A DNA stretch of 64,000 bases from Harriotta raleighana. Taxonomy: Eukaryota. The position numbers and the translations under genes were made by a program. The notes beneath the pieces were generated by a model. It made no database searches. It was not told where the DNA came from and saw only the letters and a list, made by a program, of their open reading frames with translations. Shown one piece after another: positions 1 through 12,138 of this stretch. The stretch is taken from the NCBI GenBank assembly GCA_050575255.1, contig JBNZDD010013632.1, positions 2,240,480 through 2,304,479 of the forward strand. The letters run 5' to 3'. The stretch's first letter is position 1. The number at the start of each line of letters is the position of its first letter.

Positions 1-1478
1 TTTAATCCTTGAGGCATTTTCGTAAAAGGTTTGGACAAGGCTGACACTTGTCAGTGATATAGTGAATGGAAAAATCCAAACAAGGGAGTTTTATCTATTT
101 ATTAGTTACTATTATTTCACTAACAAGCATGTCTAATGGTGAAGTCTTTTAATGGATGGCTTAAATAGAATATAACGAAATACAAGATTTAAGTGATGCA
201 TTGCTTGAAGACATTTTCTTAATTGTCTGAGAAATAGGTTGTCATTTTTTCTACAACTGAAGTAGATATTTTCGGAAACATAATGCACAAATCCCATATG
301 TAGCTGTGTATTTATTGGTCCAAAAATCTGGGAATACAAGAATTATGGCCAGACTTTAGGACTAAATCAAACGAGAATATTTGCTAAACCCAATTTCATT
401 TTCTAAATGTCATTGGAATCTGAGAAATGTGAAAAAGATGGAAATTATTCAGAAATTGTTCTAAAGCTGAATACTATACTTTGTTTTCATAAATAGGTCA
501 GTGCATTCCGCTTGGAAATCTCAGATGTAGGATTCTAAAGATAGCTATTAGAAGCTGCTGTAAAGAAATCACATTGATATTTTCAGAGTTCGGTCTGTGA
601 AGTTTGCACAAGTCTGAAGATAATGAGGAAGGGAGTACAGTATTTGGTGTTTCCAGCAGAATGAAGAGTGTAGTTTTGAAAACTGTTTGTGAAACCCAAG
701 GACTAGGGTTTTGCCATGTAACAGACTGAAGAAACCAAAAGGGCAGCAAAATGTGAACCAGAGGGATAGGCACTGAGTATCAGAGATTATAGAACCTCCC
801 AGATTGAACAATAAAGAGCAAGCAAAAGGTAAGAAGAAATAATTGATAACGATTTAAATATATAGTTTTTCACGTTGGGAGGATGTACCACATATCAGAT
901 TGGGAGCGGGAGTGGAGTAAACATGAATACATTGGTACAGAAGTCTAAACATGCAGCAGGTGTACATCCAATTCCATTCCTACACACTTCAGAGATACAC
1001 CTACAGCTGGGCATCAAGCTTGCAGCCTAAATTGTGATAAACTACTATTCCTCAAATCCTTAGGTGTGCCACAAGGGGGAGTGTCTGCTGAAAATGAAGA
1101 ACATCACCTCTGTCAAAGGGAAAGCTAACACACCTGTCTCACTTTGCTGGCAAGTATGCCTGGTCAGCAAATCAGTATGACAATCGTTGCAGTTCTTGTT
1201 AAAGTAAGATCTAATGATCCTCTGGATGCAGAGAAAAGGAAATAGAAGTGAGCAAAACGGGGGTTTAGAGCTGTAAAAAAATTTTTTAAAACTCTTCTGA
1301 TATGTCCAAATGTACAAACCATGCTTCAATATTTCAAAAGATTTTTTCAGATTAACATAATCTCCATCTATTGTTGAAATAATAAGATTACACACATTCA
1401 AGTGGCAAATGAGATCTATACAGTGTTATGTTTCCTTTTTTAATGTTTCTGAAATCTTCCTTATCCAGCTCTGCATAG

Positions 1479-1546
1479 TATGCCTAGTACCTGTTGCGGT
1501 CTTTTCTCTGCTTCATGCAACATCTTATACCAGAAAAATCTTAAAT
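1479..1546 (+). CDS. TMEM33: TMEM33-family (Pom33/Kr-h2) gene, internal coding exon (68 nt)
   Basis: tag| acceptor and |gtgagt donor. Phase 1 entry, phase 0 exit. Translates xCLVPVAVFSLLHATSYTRKILN, which aligns with human TMEM33 MSIFPVLLFSLLHAATYTKKVLD (recalled from memory). The symbol denotes the family; orthology is not established. Confidence 0.9.
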
Positions 1547-1578
1547 GTGAGTTTGCTCTGTTTACCTTTATTCCACTA

Positions 1579-1651
1579 ATTCCTTACATGAAACGCTTTG
1601 AGATGTTAAGATGTGAAACGTACTATACCAAATGCAAGGATTATTATTATT
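1579..1651 (+). mobile_element. 3' tail fragment of tRNA/DeuSINE-like SINE
   Basis: tgaaacgctttgagatgt...gtgaaacgtactataccaaatgcaaggattattattatt matches the 3' end of the full copies at 6267, 10331 and 43571. Confidence 0.75.
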
Positions 1652-2182
1652 GTTCAGTGTATCACGTTAAAACAATGCAAATCTGTAGATCACACTAAAA
1701 TATATTGAAAATTAATTCTTACCATTATTTCCATGTTTCCATAAAATCATAAATGGTACTGTTTTCGTTATTAAGTTGTTGAAATCCAAAGTGATTCCTG
1801 TTCCTTATACAATTTGTTGTCTGCACTACATGACTTCATTCACCACGATATTTCCTTTCACACTATTCTAGAGAGTTAAACTCTTTTGGGTTAAACTGCC
1901 AGAAAGATAGTGTATAAACTTATTTTTCCAGACATCAGTGGACATGGCAAATGTCTAAATTGTGGTTTGAAGGTATATCAGTAGCGTGATGTTTTCTTAT
2001 CACAAAATTTTAATACCCTTTAGTACTAGTCCTGCAAGATTTAAATTAATTACACAAGAATGAACCTTTGTTATCCCAGAATCAACCCTGTCAAAACAGA
2101 AATTTATCCTCACCACTTAACATAGCACAAAAGTTCTCTCTGTAACCTGTCCTGCATGTTATGGGATTGGGAGGAGGGTTAC

Positions 2183-2298
2183 ACATCCCAACCCTGTACC
2201 CGCCCCACTCCCATGCTCAGGTCCTAACCATTGACTGCTCAGCGCCTTGGCACGTCCTCCTGACGTGAAAGACGTTTTAAAAATATAATTTTTAAGTT
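2183..2298 (+). mobile_element. L2 LINE 3' end fragment
   Basis: cccatgctcaggtcc...tgactgctcagcgccttggcacgtcctcctgacgtgaaag matches the reverse complement of the L2 tail at 30103-30200. Confidence 0.7.
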
Positions 2299-5200
2299 AG
2301 AGGAGTTGTACTAGTCTGCAGAGTGAAAGGGAGAGAATATTAATGATGGATACTATTGTAGAGCTTGTCCAGCTCAATCCAATATAAAGAAAGCTGCTTT
2401 GTTGTATTAAATGTACTTGTGTGTATTTAATATATCATATTATGTCTTAGCTGACAGTAGCCAAGTGCTCCCCTGAATGGATGATGTAATGACCAGAACC
2501 TTGCAAAGTTCCTCAAGGCAGAGTTTGCTGGGTCTCGAGCATGATTCTATAAATATAATAGTTTCATAGAGCAAATATTTAATATATTCCTTATCTCAAT
2601 ACAAATGACAACTGATATACATGGTTTCCCTTTGAGATCTGAAGTCCAAAGTGGGTAACTGTATGGTTCGAAAACTAGTTCTCTTTTCTCTTGTGGATAT
2701 TTAAGTGTTTGTCATCTCTGCGTGTTGCAGATTGACAAGGGAAGGTGATTTTTATTTGCCAGAACAGTCAAGGGCAATTTACAGATCAGTAATTTTGAAG
2801 AAAAGACTTGTTGATCTCAGCACACTTGGATTACAGCTATAGGTACGACAAGATAGATTTAGTTGTCATTTTGATAAATTGCAGCCCTACATCGGTACTC
2901 CACCAAATAAATAAAGCAGCAGTATATCTGTGTTGTTCAGATGCTTAACAAATGTATGTGGCTTGTCAGCACAGTAGCTGGGAAGTGACAACTTTAGACT
3001 TGATGTATGATTTAATAACTTGTACAGGTTTGTCCTTCAGTCTAAATTGATTTATTCATTAGCAGATTCTAATACAATATACAGGTTTGAAAATAAAATT
3101 CAGAACCTTTCAACTTTTCCTTTTTTTTCCCCCACAGTGACATTGTAATCACTGAATAAGAAATTTACTTTCAAAGCAGGTAGAGCAGAATCTACCAAAG
3201 TTTTTTTTTAAACAGTATTGATTTAATCAGTTAAATATTTTGATCAAACAAACTGTTAGAAGGACCATAATACATTTCCAAGACCTTATCATAACTTCCA
3301 GTGTCAGCGCTTTGCTTGGCAAGCAGGATTGACAGTATGTCAGTTTAAACATCCTTCCAACCTTGAGCTGGGTTAGGTCTACCAAGTGGCAATACTGTGA
3401 ATAGTTTCTTTAAATCATGTAGAGAAGTGGATGATGGAGAAATGAACAAATACAATTGAAATTCAAGGTAATATTAGAAAGGTTTGAGGGGAATATAAGC
3501 AAGAGAATAAAAGTGTTAAAAGAAATTGATGATTTGATAGGGTAAATGCTCCACAATGGAAATTATTCAGCAAAACTTTGTACTGTAACTATTCTTTATC
3601 CAGCAGAAATGGCTAGAAACGGAAAGGTCATTTTATTCTTCATCATTTCTCCTCTGAACAGTCTGGTTGTGGTTTACTAGCAATGCTACTTCTAATAATA
3701 TCATTCAGTGATACCAAATCTAGTTTTCTGTAAAAAAGAGAGACCTTACAATTTACTGCTGCTTGAGTTATTTGTTTAGAATTTGCAGGAAACATCTTGT
3801 TGAATTATTTGTAACAAATGTTCAATGAGCATAAATATTGTTGGAAGTTTTTTATAAATAAATATTTTCAGATAAGAAATAGTAGAAACATCTGCATTAT
3901 CAGTGATTTTAAAATGTTGACGTAACTGATTCTGAATATTCTATTTTTAAGATTAAAAAATCCCTGCCTTTTAGAATACAGTATTACAAATATTTGCTTT
4001 TTTTGTTATATCGACAAATGTAATCTTTTTTTTAAAAAAAAGGCTCATAGCTGAACCGAACAAGGTCTCAGGTAGCAGTGAATTGGAGTCTCTGGGATAC
4101 ATGATAATCAAAGTAATTTGCCTCTAGTTAGATTATGTATATGAATCTCAGACAGCTTATGTGATGAATGTGGATTTTGGTCTTACCATCTGTGACTTGC
4201 TCCTCATCTAAATTAATTACAGAATGTCACTAAAGGTTGGTATTAAAAACCCAGGGTCAAGATTCAGTTGGAGAAAGATCCAATGGTATCTTTCCCTTCT
4301 CTTTATTGAAGATCAAAGAAATGTCTGTTCAATTTCCAATTTGTTTACATAACCCATATGAATATATTTATATAATGTATTTTCAGATGGGGTATTTTAA
4401 TCAGATTTTCTTTAATGGAAATGGTACATTTGCTATTTAGAATGTACCATTGTTGCTTTTATTTCTAGCCTACTCCCATTCAAGCTTTTCAGACATAAGG
4501 TCAGCGTGCCATAATTCAAAGATCAGAACTGATACACATTTTCTTTTTTTTTTAAGAACTGAAACTACAGTTCATGTATTCTAAATTGTTTCACTGATCT
4601 ATGCGACGGGCTGAATGGTTATGAAAGGAATTTCCATTTAATAGGAATAAACTATACTGCCATTTCTTGTAAATAATCTGTTGGTATTATTTATTTAGTA
4701 ACTGAAATCATTGTTTTGGTTAATGAGTACACCTTAGAAATTCTAAATCAGCCTTTTTTATTAAAAAAAATTATATTTTAATCCAAGTTCATTCTATTTT
4801 AAAACTGGTATTTTATTCCTTACTGCTTGAAATCATTAACTAGAGGAATGTTAATAACCAAACTCGAAGGGGGGAAACATAATTGACTTAAATTAATATT
4901 TTTAATTGTTTAAAAAAATAATATTTAAGAACTTGGAAAACAGGCTCAAGAACTGGAACATCCACATGTTAATGTAGTACTACAACTACCTAAACTACGT
5001 TGTTATTTATCTTTAAATTTAGCCATCAAGTGAGATTTAAAATTTACAAGTTGTGCTGTATAAGACTAACTGAAATATTTTCTGCTTGAATTTCACTTTG
5101 TTATAAATATAAGTGTTCTTGTAACTATGACATTCTTCAGCTATCTAACATAATACTTTATTTCATTGTACACTATAAAATTTTATGTAGAAGTGTACTT

Positions 5201-6266
5201 TGTTCTGGCTCATTAGATAAAACAGGGTGTTTCCTTCCAGAAATTAAGCAATCTGTTTCATTTTAATTGAACTAGTTGAAGACTTTAATTTATTTTGGAT
5301 TCCAGACTAACCAAAACAAAGTTAAAGGAACAATAAATTGATTCATCCTTCAGATCAAACAGCACAGCATTTGTTTTCCAGTCACAACTCACAGTTCATC
5401 TCAATACAACATTTGTTGTAAGGCAATTACAGTGCACTCTCTTCACATGGCTACTGGGCATTATATTTCATTGTAACACATACCTTATTATGAAATACAA
5501 ACCGTTTGGCTTTCAGGAACTGGGTTGGAAGGGGATAAAGTATAGATTATTTAATATTATGCGTATGAGTTATGTTGTTGATTTAAGAACTGAGCATTAA
5601 GTTTTAACTGAATCATTCAGAGTGGCCATCCCACTTGCCCACTTGTAACTGAATGACTATAGCTGTGTACAAATATAAAATGTGTATTTGGTTAATCAAA
5701 TCCATTTTAATATTTAACTTAGTGTAACAAATTGGAATACAGTAGTTGGTATTCCATTTAGTTGCTAGGGACAAAACTAGCTTTGTCCTACGACTTAATA
5801 ATTGGCTTTCCTCATTGAAGAAATCAAGTTAAATATTCAGACTGACCAGAGTGGTTTTGTGCTGTCACAGTCTTTGTTAATTAGTTAACACCATGGTAGA
5901 AGAAATGCAGTGCTGGTAATTTAGGTGTATGTCAATAAAGGCTTTGTTCTTTTGGAACACTGGCCACGTGTGTGTTTTTTGCAGTAAATATCTTCAACTG
6001 TTGTCAGAAAAGGCCCAGGGATCAGAAATCACAGGAATACCGGTATAAGAATAAATGTGAAGTACAGTAGTTTCTAATACATTTCTGACATTTCTGTTAC
6101 ATTTCCTGGCAGCTGGCTGTTGCAACACGCAAATTTACTGAGGTTTTAACCAAATAGTTCTACCCTCTCAGCTCTCCCTTTGTGACTGCTGATTGTAACT
6201 GTAATGTCTGATATAGTGTCCAATGGAGTTCAGATTCTTTTCTCCTAAAACGTTTGAAGTTTGGGG

Positions 6267-6575
6267 ATAATAATAATAATCCTTGCATTTGATATACTGT
6301 AGTGCTTTTCACGTCTTCGAGACATCTCAAAGTGCTTCACAGAATGTACTATAAAGTGAATTGACTGTATATTTGTAGGTGAAAAGCAGCCCATTGTGCA
6401 CAGCAATGTCCCACAAACTGTTGTGGATTGAGTGACCAAGTTATAGTTTTTTATTTGAATGATTATTGTTAGGTGTGTGGATTAACGAAATTTGCCCACG
6501 GTTTTGCCTTGCCTGCAATCAAACCCAGGTCTCTCACTTGCAAGGCGAGTGCTCTACTCACTGAGCTACAGGGCT
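6267..6575 (-). mobile_element. Full-length tRNA-derived SINE with DeuSINE-like body and L2-type tail
   Basis: Minus-strand head agccctgtagctcagtgagtagagcactcgccttgcaagtgagagacctgggtttgatt (A/B-box-like), body gtttgtgggacattgctgtgcacaat..gctgc, tail aaatgcaagg(att)n. Collinear with other copies in the window. Confidence 0.9.
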
Positions 6576-9000
6576 TTGAATTGTACTCTGCATAACTTCT
6601 TGTACCCATCTGGCAGAGATACTTTCACCCCCTCCCCCTAAATTCTGGCCTGAAAATGGAGCATTGATCTGGAAGGGTGGTAGGGGGGCGAGATAAATTG
6701 AGGGGATAGATAGATTTGGAACATCTTGCAATCCCCAGTGAAATTACAGAAATATTTAAGTGAATATTTTGAACATGGATAGATATTCAAAGTTCCATTA
6801 CTTAATACTGTATATCCACTTTGGATGCATAACGATAAGAATTCGGCATTTTAATTATAAGATTATAGCTGTTTCTTGTGAGAATGTAGAGAACTCGTTT
6901 CCTTCACTTTACAGTGAATGAAATGCACTAAAATTCCACTAGGGAGAGACAGAGTATACTTTTACTGTCTTGAAATGAATGGCTGATTATTACTCAAAAG
7001 ATGCTTCAGAGAATGTCAACGATTTTGAAAATGACCACATTTCTTTTTAGTAACCCCAGTTTTAAGGGGATCATATGATGATAGATTATATTGGATATAT
7101 TAAACAACTGACAAGAACAACAAAGCACAATTACATTTCTATTGCAACTTTTCAATTCACAAACAACAAATCCCTTAATACCAGATTGCTGGTTCTATTT
7201 TAAATGTTATCCAACAGTTGATCGTAAGAGCTGATCATCTTTCAACAGAAGTACTTGGACAAAAACTCTGTTTCAGATGTTGTTGCTAAGGAATTAGCTA
7301 AATTTTGCAATAGATGCTTGTTTTATTCCCTTTATGTGCATTACAAAGTCTATTTTATGGAACCTTAATCTCTATTGTGGATTTGTTAAAATTACATATG
7401 GTTCATGGCACTATATAAAGCATATTAATATTCCTAGTCACACTTTATACAATTTTGCTGAATGAAATCCATCTTAAAGGCAGTATAATCGATTTGTCTC
7501 GTTCTAACCATACGGTTCTGATGATAAATACAAGTTGATTGTGCAGTAGTTTGCTTCCAGATTTATCTTGCTATCTATTTTCCATGCTGTTTATGTAGAG
7601 GGTATCAGGGAATATTTCAAAGAATATTTTTTTTAAAGTTCAGTGGTTAATAATTTATCAGACACCCTCACAGAATGGTTTGACCCCTGACTTTTGTTAC
7701 CTTGAATTGATAATGGAATAGGGACCAGACAGAATAAGAAAATACCTTTTAAAACAAGGCAAACAACAATCATTCCAGAAGTGTGTTTTTATATAGTTTG
7801 GATACTGTTTCTGGATTTGTTTTGTTAGAAAATCTATAATCTGTTGTCTGGATATTGTTTACATGAGTCATGCTATATTTCCCTTGAAATAGCATTCTAA
7901 GCAAGCGTATAGTACTAATGGTACCACAGCTTTATTTTTGAAACAAACCGTAAACATCTGGTAGCAATGTGCAGTTTGAATTCAGGAACATTTCATTTTG
8001 CCTCTACAGTTACTTTATGATTACAATGTTCAACATTAGTGATTTAAAATTGTAGATGTCTTCTTGTTTTAGTCAGAAATGTGAACTCATAAATTATTGT
8101 ACAGTTTAACTAGGACACTTATGGAAAAATGTCAAGTAGCTGGAAAACCTAATTTACAGTAATGAAATATTCTTTGATCTGTTGACAAATGATTTAATCA
8201 TAATATGCATTGAGCTAAAAACAGCCTTCAATAAATTGTAATAAAGTGGAATGGAAAATGTTTTCCTTGTTAGCATTTGTTCATTTGTTGAGTAAATCAG
8301 AAACCTATTCTTTTTTTTTTAAAAAGATTTTTTTAATCTCCTGGATGAAATTAATTCCAAAAAAATTTAGATGAAAGCATATTTTCTTTTTATCAGATTT
8401 TATTGTTACAGAAGGGAGCTGGGATTAGAAACAAGTGGTTTATTGCCCAGTTTATTTTCATTAAAGAGAGTAGCAGTATTGGGCTGAATTGCACAGAGGT
8501 GTTCTATGATGTTGGAGATTTGCCTAAAAGCCTGCTGTGACACTAGCGGCATTGTACCAGTGTATTCCAGATATAATAGAAGAAAACACATGGAGATGCA
8601 ATTCTACTAATGAAAGTACTGCATTAATTTTATTTTCTGATGTGTCATTGTCATTCAAGAGACGTTTTTAATCTTCAGATTGTTTCAGCACAACAAGCAA
8701 TTTAAACAGAAATTGGCAGAGAGCCTTGTGCTCCGCGTTTGTTCCTTTCATTTAATACCGTTTGTCAAAATCGTGCATTAAAGGCTTTCAGCATCTCTCA
8801 TTGAAATAATTTTCTTTGGACATCAATTCATAGGAATAAAAATGAGCAAGCAGCTCCTGCATTATGTCACGGAAGATAAAAGTTATCCATGCTTCAATGT
8901 TCTCTTTTATGTTCCATCATTGTTATTTTTTTCTTAAGAAAGCAACTTTTTTTTTTCTTGCTGGACCAGTAATGCACTTGTGTACTAAAATTTGAAAAGA

Positions 9001-9072
9001 ATCCTTGCATTTTGATAAAACACCTTATCACATAAAGTGCTTCACAGAATATACTGGAAAGGTAATCGACTG
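9001..9072 (-). mobile_element. SINE 3' fragment
   Basis: atccttgcattttgat...aaagtgcttcacagaatatactg..aatcgactgt matches the SINE tail. Confidence 0.6.
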
Positions 9073-10330
9073 TTAGAACCGTAGGAAATTCAAATGCATT
9101 CAGTGGAAGCTAACTTGAATTGTCACAGTTCCTAAGGGAAAATTACTTCCATGTTTATTATCTGCTTTATGTAGCATGGTTAGTGATGTACTCTGCTACA
9201 AATACTGATGTAGGGATAACTGCAGAGCTAAGAAGGCAATGCTTTCTTAAAATCAAATGAACTTTTAATCATTTAATTCTGATATTGGTACACCCTGATA
9301 CGAAGAAAACAGTACAGTACTACACTTTTTTTCTGGTCCAATAGAAATTAAAAATTTTCAGTTCGTTTTTCACATTTTCAACCATAAATCATTTGTAATA
9401 CCATCTTGACGTAAAGCTAATTTCACTTTCAAGAAATATTGGCAAGTTTTATTACTTTCTCAAGCTTGAAATTTACTTACCCTTGGTAAGAGAAAATGGG
9501 GATTTTATAGCTTTAATCTTTGAAAGTAATAGAATGACCTACATATGGGGCAGCTCTTTTGATGCAAGCAATTTCCTTTTTTCTCATTATACTTTTTTCT
9601 TGTATGTTAAATGATGTAAAATATATTTTTGTTAAATGTAATATTTATATAAACATTATTCTTTTATTTATCACACCATCTGTCACAGAATAGTTTAAAC
9701 ATACTCAAGAGGATTTGTGATATGAAATGGCAAATACTCATGCCATTGGCAAGGAAGACCTTTTCACAAGTTATAACATCATGTATGTTACGAAGGCCTT
9801 GCTCATGAATAGATTAGATATGAATCCACCAAAGAAAACAGTGGAATTCCTCTGCAAATATTATTTTGCAAGTGAGGAATGCTGAATGACTTGTAAGTCA
9901 TGTTAAAACATGAGTAAGTTTCGGAGACCATCTTCATGAACAAGATAAGTCATTTGTTCCTCTTTTGCCTTGTTCCTTGTATGGATTAAGCTTATGCAAT
10001 GTGTGACTCTAAAGGTTGATTGAGAGTTTGTCCATTCCCTGTTACATCATGCCAGCAAAATAGTGCAGTGTCGCTTGAGGCTGATGGCCACTATCATAGA
10101 CATCTTCGCGTTTGAATAAAATAACAGATTCACAAACAGTCTAGCCTGCTACAGGACTACTTTTCCAGTGAGTCACTTGGTGATATCTAATTCTTTCTGG
10201 TGCACAGGGAAAGCAGGTCTGATCTTATGATTTCAATTTGTTACATCCAGCCATAGATACGGAAATAATGCTGTAGCGTGTTTCCATTTAGCTAAAATGG
10301 GTCAAATGTTCTGTGGATAAGCTTGCTTTT

Positions 10331-10660
10331 AATAATAATAATAATAATCCTTGCATCTGATATAGCGCTTTTCACATCTTATCAACGTCCCAAAGCGCTT
10401 CACAGAGTATACTGTAAAGTGAATTGACTGTATATTTGTGGGCGAAACGCGGCAGCCAATTGCGCACAGCAGTGTCCCACAAACAGTCATGGATTGAAAA
10501 TGACCAATTTTATTATTGTAGTTTTTTTGGAGGGATTATTATTAGGCATGTGGAGTAAGGAAACTTGCCCAAGGTTTCGCCCTGATCTGCCTGGATTCGA
10601 ACACAGGCCTCATGCTTGTAAGGCATGTAAGGCGAGTGCTCTAACCACTGAGCCACAGGA
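10331..10660 (-). mobile_element. Full-length tRNA-derived DeuSINE-like SINE with target-site duplication
   Basis: Minus-strand A box TGGCTCAGTGG, B box GTTCGAATCC, core GTTTGTGGGACACTGCTGTGCGCAATTGGCTGCCGCGTTTC, (ATT)n tail. Flanked by GCTTTT at 10325-10330 and 10661-10666 (may partly overlap the element head). CpGs are retained, suggesting a relatively young copy. Confidence 0.93.
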
Positions 10661-10737
10661 GCTTTTGTAAGTGCGACATGTAAAGCAAGAACATTATTTT
10701 AGTTTAAAAAACATAGGGTCTGATTTTAATTACACAG

Positions 10738-10795
10738 CAACAACTTTGATTTATATAGCGCCCTCCATGCTGGATGGCTTCTCAGAGCACTTCAT
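10738..10795 (-). mobile_element. L2-type 3' tail fragment
   Basis: caacaactttgatttatatagcgccctccatgctggatggcttctcagagcactt resembles the reverse complement of the tail at 56210-56250. Confidence 0.5.
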
Positions 10796-11024
10796 TATAT
10801 TATGATACTGTGCAGATTGTATTGGAGTTGTATGTGTAAGGCAATATATTGAGTCCCATGGGAAAAATAAATCTTAAGCAAAATAAAGATTTCTGGAATG
10901 TAAATTTTCTGAAATTGGTATATAGAAAGGGATTAGATGGGTGATAAAGAGAATTTGAGACCTATGTAAACAGAGAGGATAAGAAACTAGGATCCAGAAA
11001 CTTGATCAGTTCAGATCAGAGTTA

Positions 11025-11330
11025 AATCCTTGGAGTTTTGTACTCAGTCTTGGGTGCTCCACTTTAGGAACAATATTCTGACCTTGGAGCAAATTCAGTG
11101 ATCATACCTGGGATGAAGGAACTTAGCGAAAATTAAAGTTTGATTATGTTACATGCAGATCAAGTGCTTAATGACACTCAGGTCTGCAAAATAAAGGGAA
11201 TTGGCAAAGTTAATGGGGAACAACTCTTTGGTAGAAAACTTCAGCAAAAATAATAACAATTGTTTGGACATAATAAAATTTGAGGTAAGCCAGTTAAAAG
11301 AGAATCATACAGTGACTGATTCATTTCTTC
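11025..11330 (+). mobile_element. Degenerate CR1 LINE ORF2 C-terminal fragment
   Basis: ttggagttttgtactcagtcttgggtgctccactttaggaacaatattctgaccttggag...atacctgggatgaaggaactt resembles the CR1 region coding LEYCVQFWSPHFRKDI..LE..MIPGMKGL. Boundaries approximate. Confidence 0.5.
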
Positions 11331-11786
11331 CATTGCATATTGTGAGAAAATACATACACTGGATCAGTCTTATTCTAACGGTAATGTATGCAGTATTAAC
11401 TTGAAGAGAATATTTGCAACTGGCTGAATTTCTTAAAAAAGCAAATTATTTGTTAAATGATCCTGTAAAATAGACTTTTGATGTGTTGAATTATCAGTTG
11501 GCATTTTTTGGTAACTTGCAGTAGTAGAAACTTTTGATTTACATAAAGTTACTTTTTTTTAATCTATAAAAAGAAAATAAGTTTGGAATGTTAGTTTCCT
11601 CCAACTTCTTTGGGTTATTGACATTTGATTGTAGGTTTAGCAAGCTATTGCACAAATGGATGTTAAAGATGCACATGCAGACCCATTCTGTAGCAATGAA
11701 GGGTGAATTTTTTAATGTGAGTTGCTGGGTATCTAAAGAACACAATAAAGGAAACATTGTGCGCAGGATATGTGGTTTACATGTTC

Positions 11787-11920
11787 AATAATAATAATCC
11801 TTGCATTTATCTTATATCTTTGAGACATCTCAAAGCGCTTCACTGTAACGTGTATATTCTGTGGGCGATATGCGGCAACCAATTGCATACAGCACTGTCC
11901 CACAAACAGTCATGGATTGG
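11787..11920 (-). mobile_element. 5'-truncated DeuSINE-like SINE
   Basis: (aat)n ccttgcattt...gagacatctcaaagcgcttcac...gcggcaaccaattgcatacagcactgtcccacaaacagtcatggatt. Confidence 0.85.
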
Positions 11921-12138
11921 AAAGCATACCTTTGCATTCCCAGTGTTGCTAATCGATGAAGAATAAACAGTAGTGTGTTTTTTTTCTCATGCCTCTTATG
12001 TATTTTGAGCTTCAGATTGTATGTACAATAAGTATGTAATGTTTATCAGACCAGAAGAGCTGCTTCAGGCAATAAGGGAAATAGGCCCTTATAAAGTTGT
12101 AATGTGTATAGAGGATTCTTGACTTCTGCAAAGCACTT

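Noticed and set aside
8826-8846. Partial resemblance to miR-135 antisense (cataggaataaaaa); similarly tactgcatcagg at ~26532 to miR-217
   Set aside because: Only 12-14 nt match, the miR-135 seed end differs, and no precursor hairpin surrounds either.
10590-10660. tRNA gene-like sequences (also ~6510-6575, ~28925-28991, ~43810-43880)
   Set aside because: They have A/B boxes but are SINE heads continuing into the SINE body. No complete acceptor stem, and one has an internal duplication.
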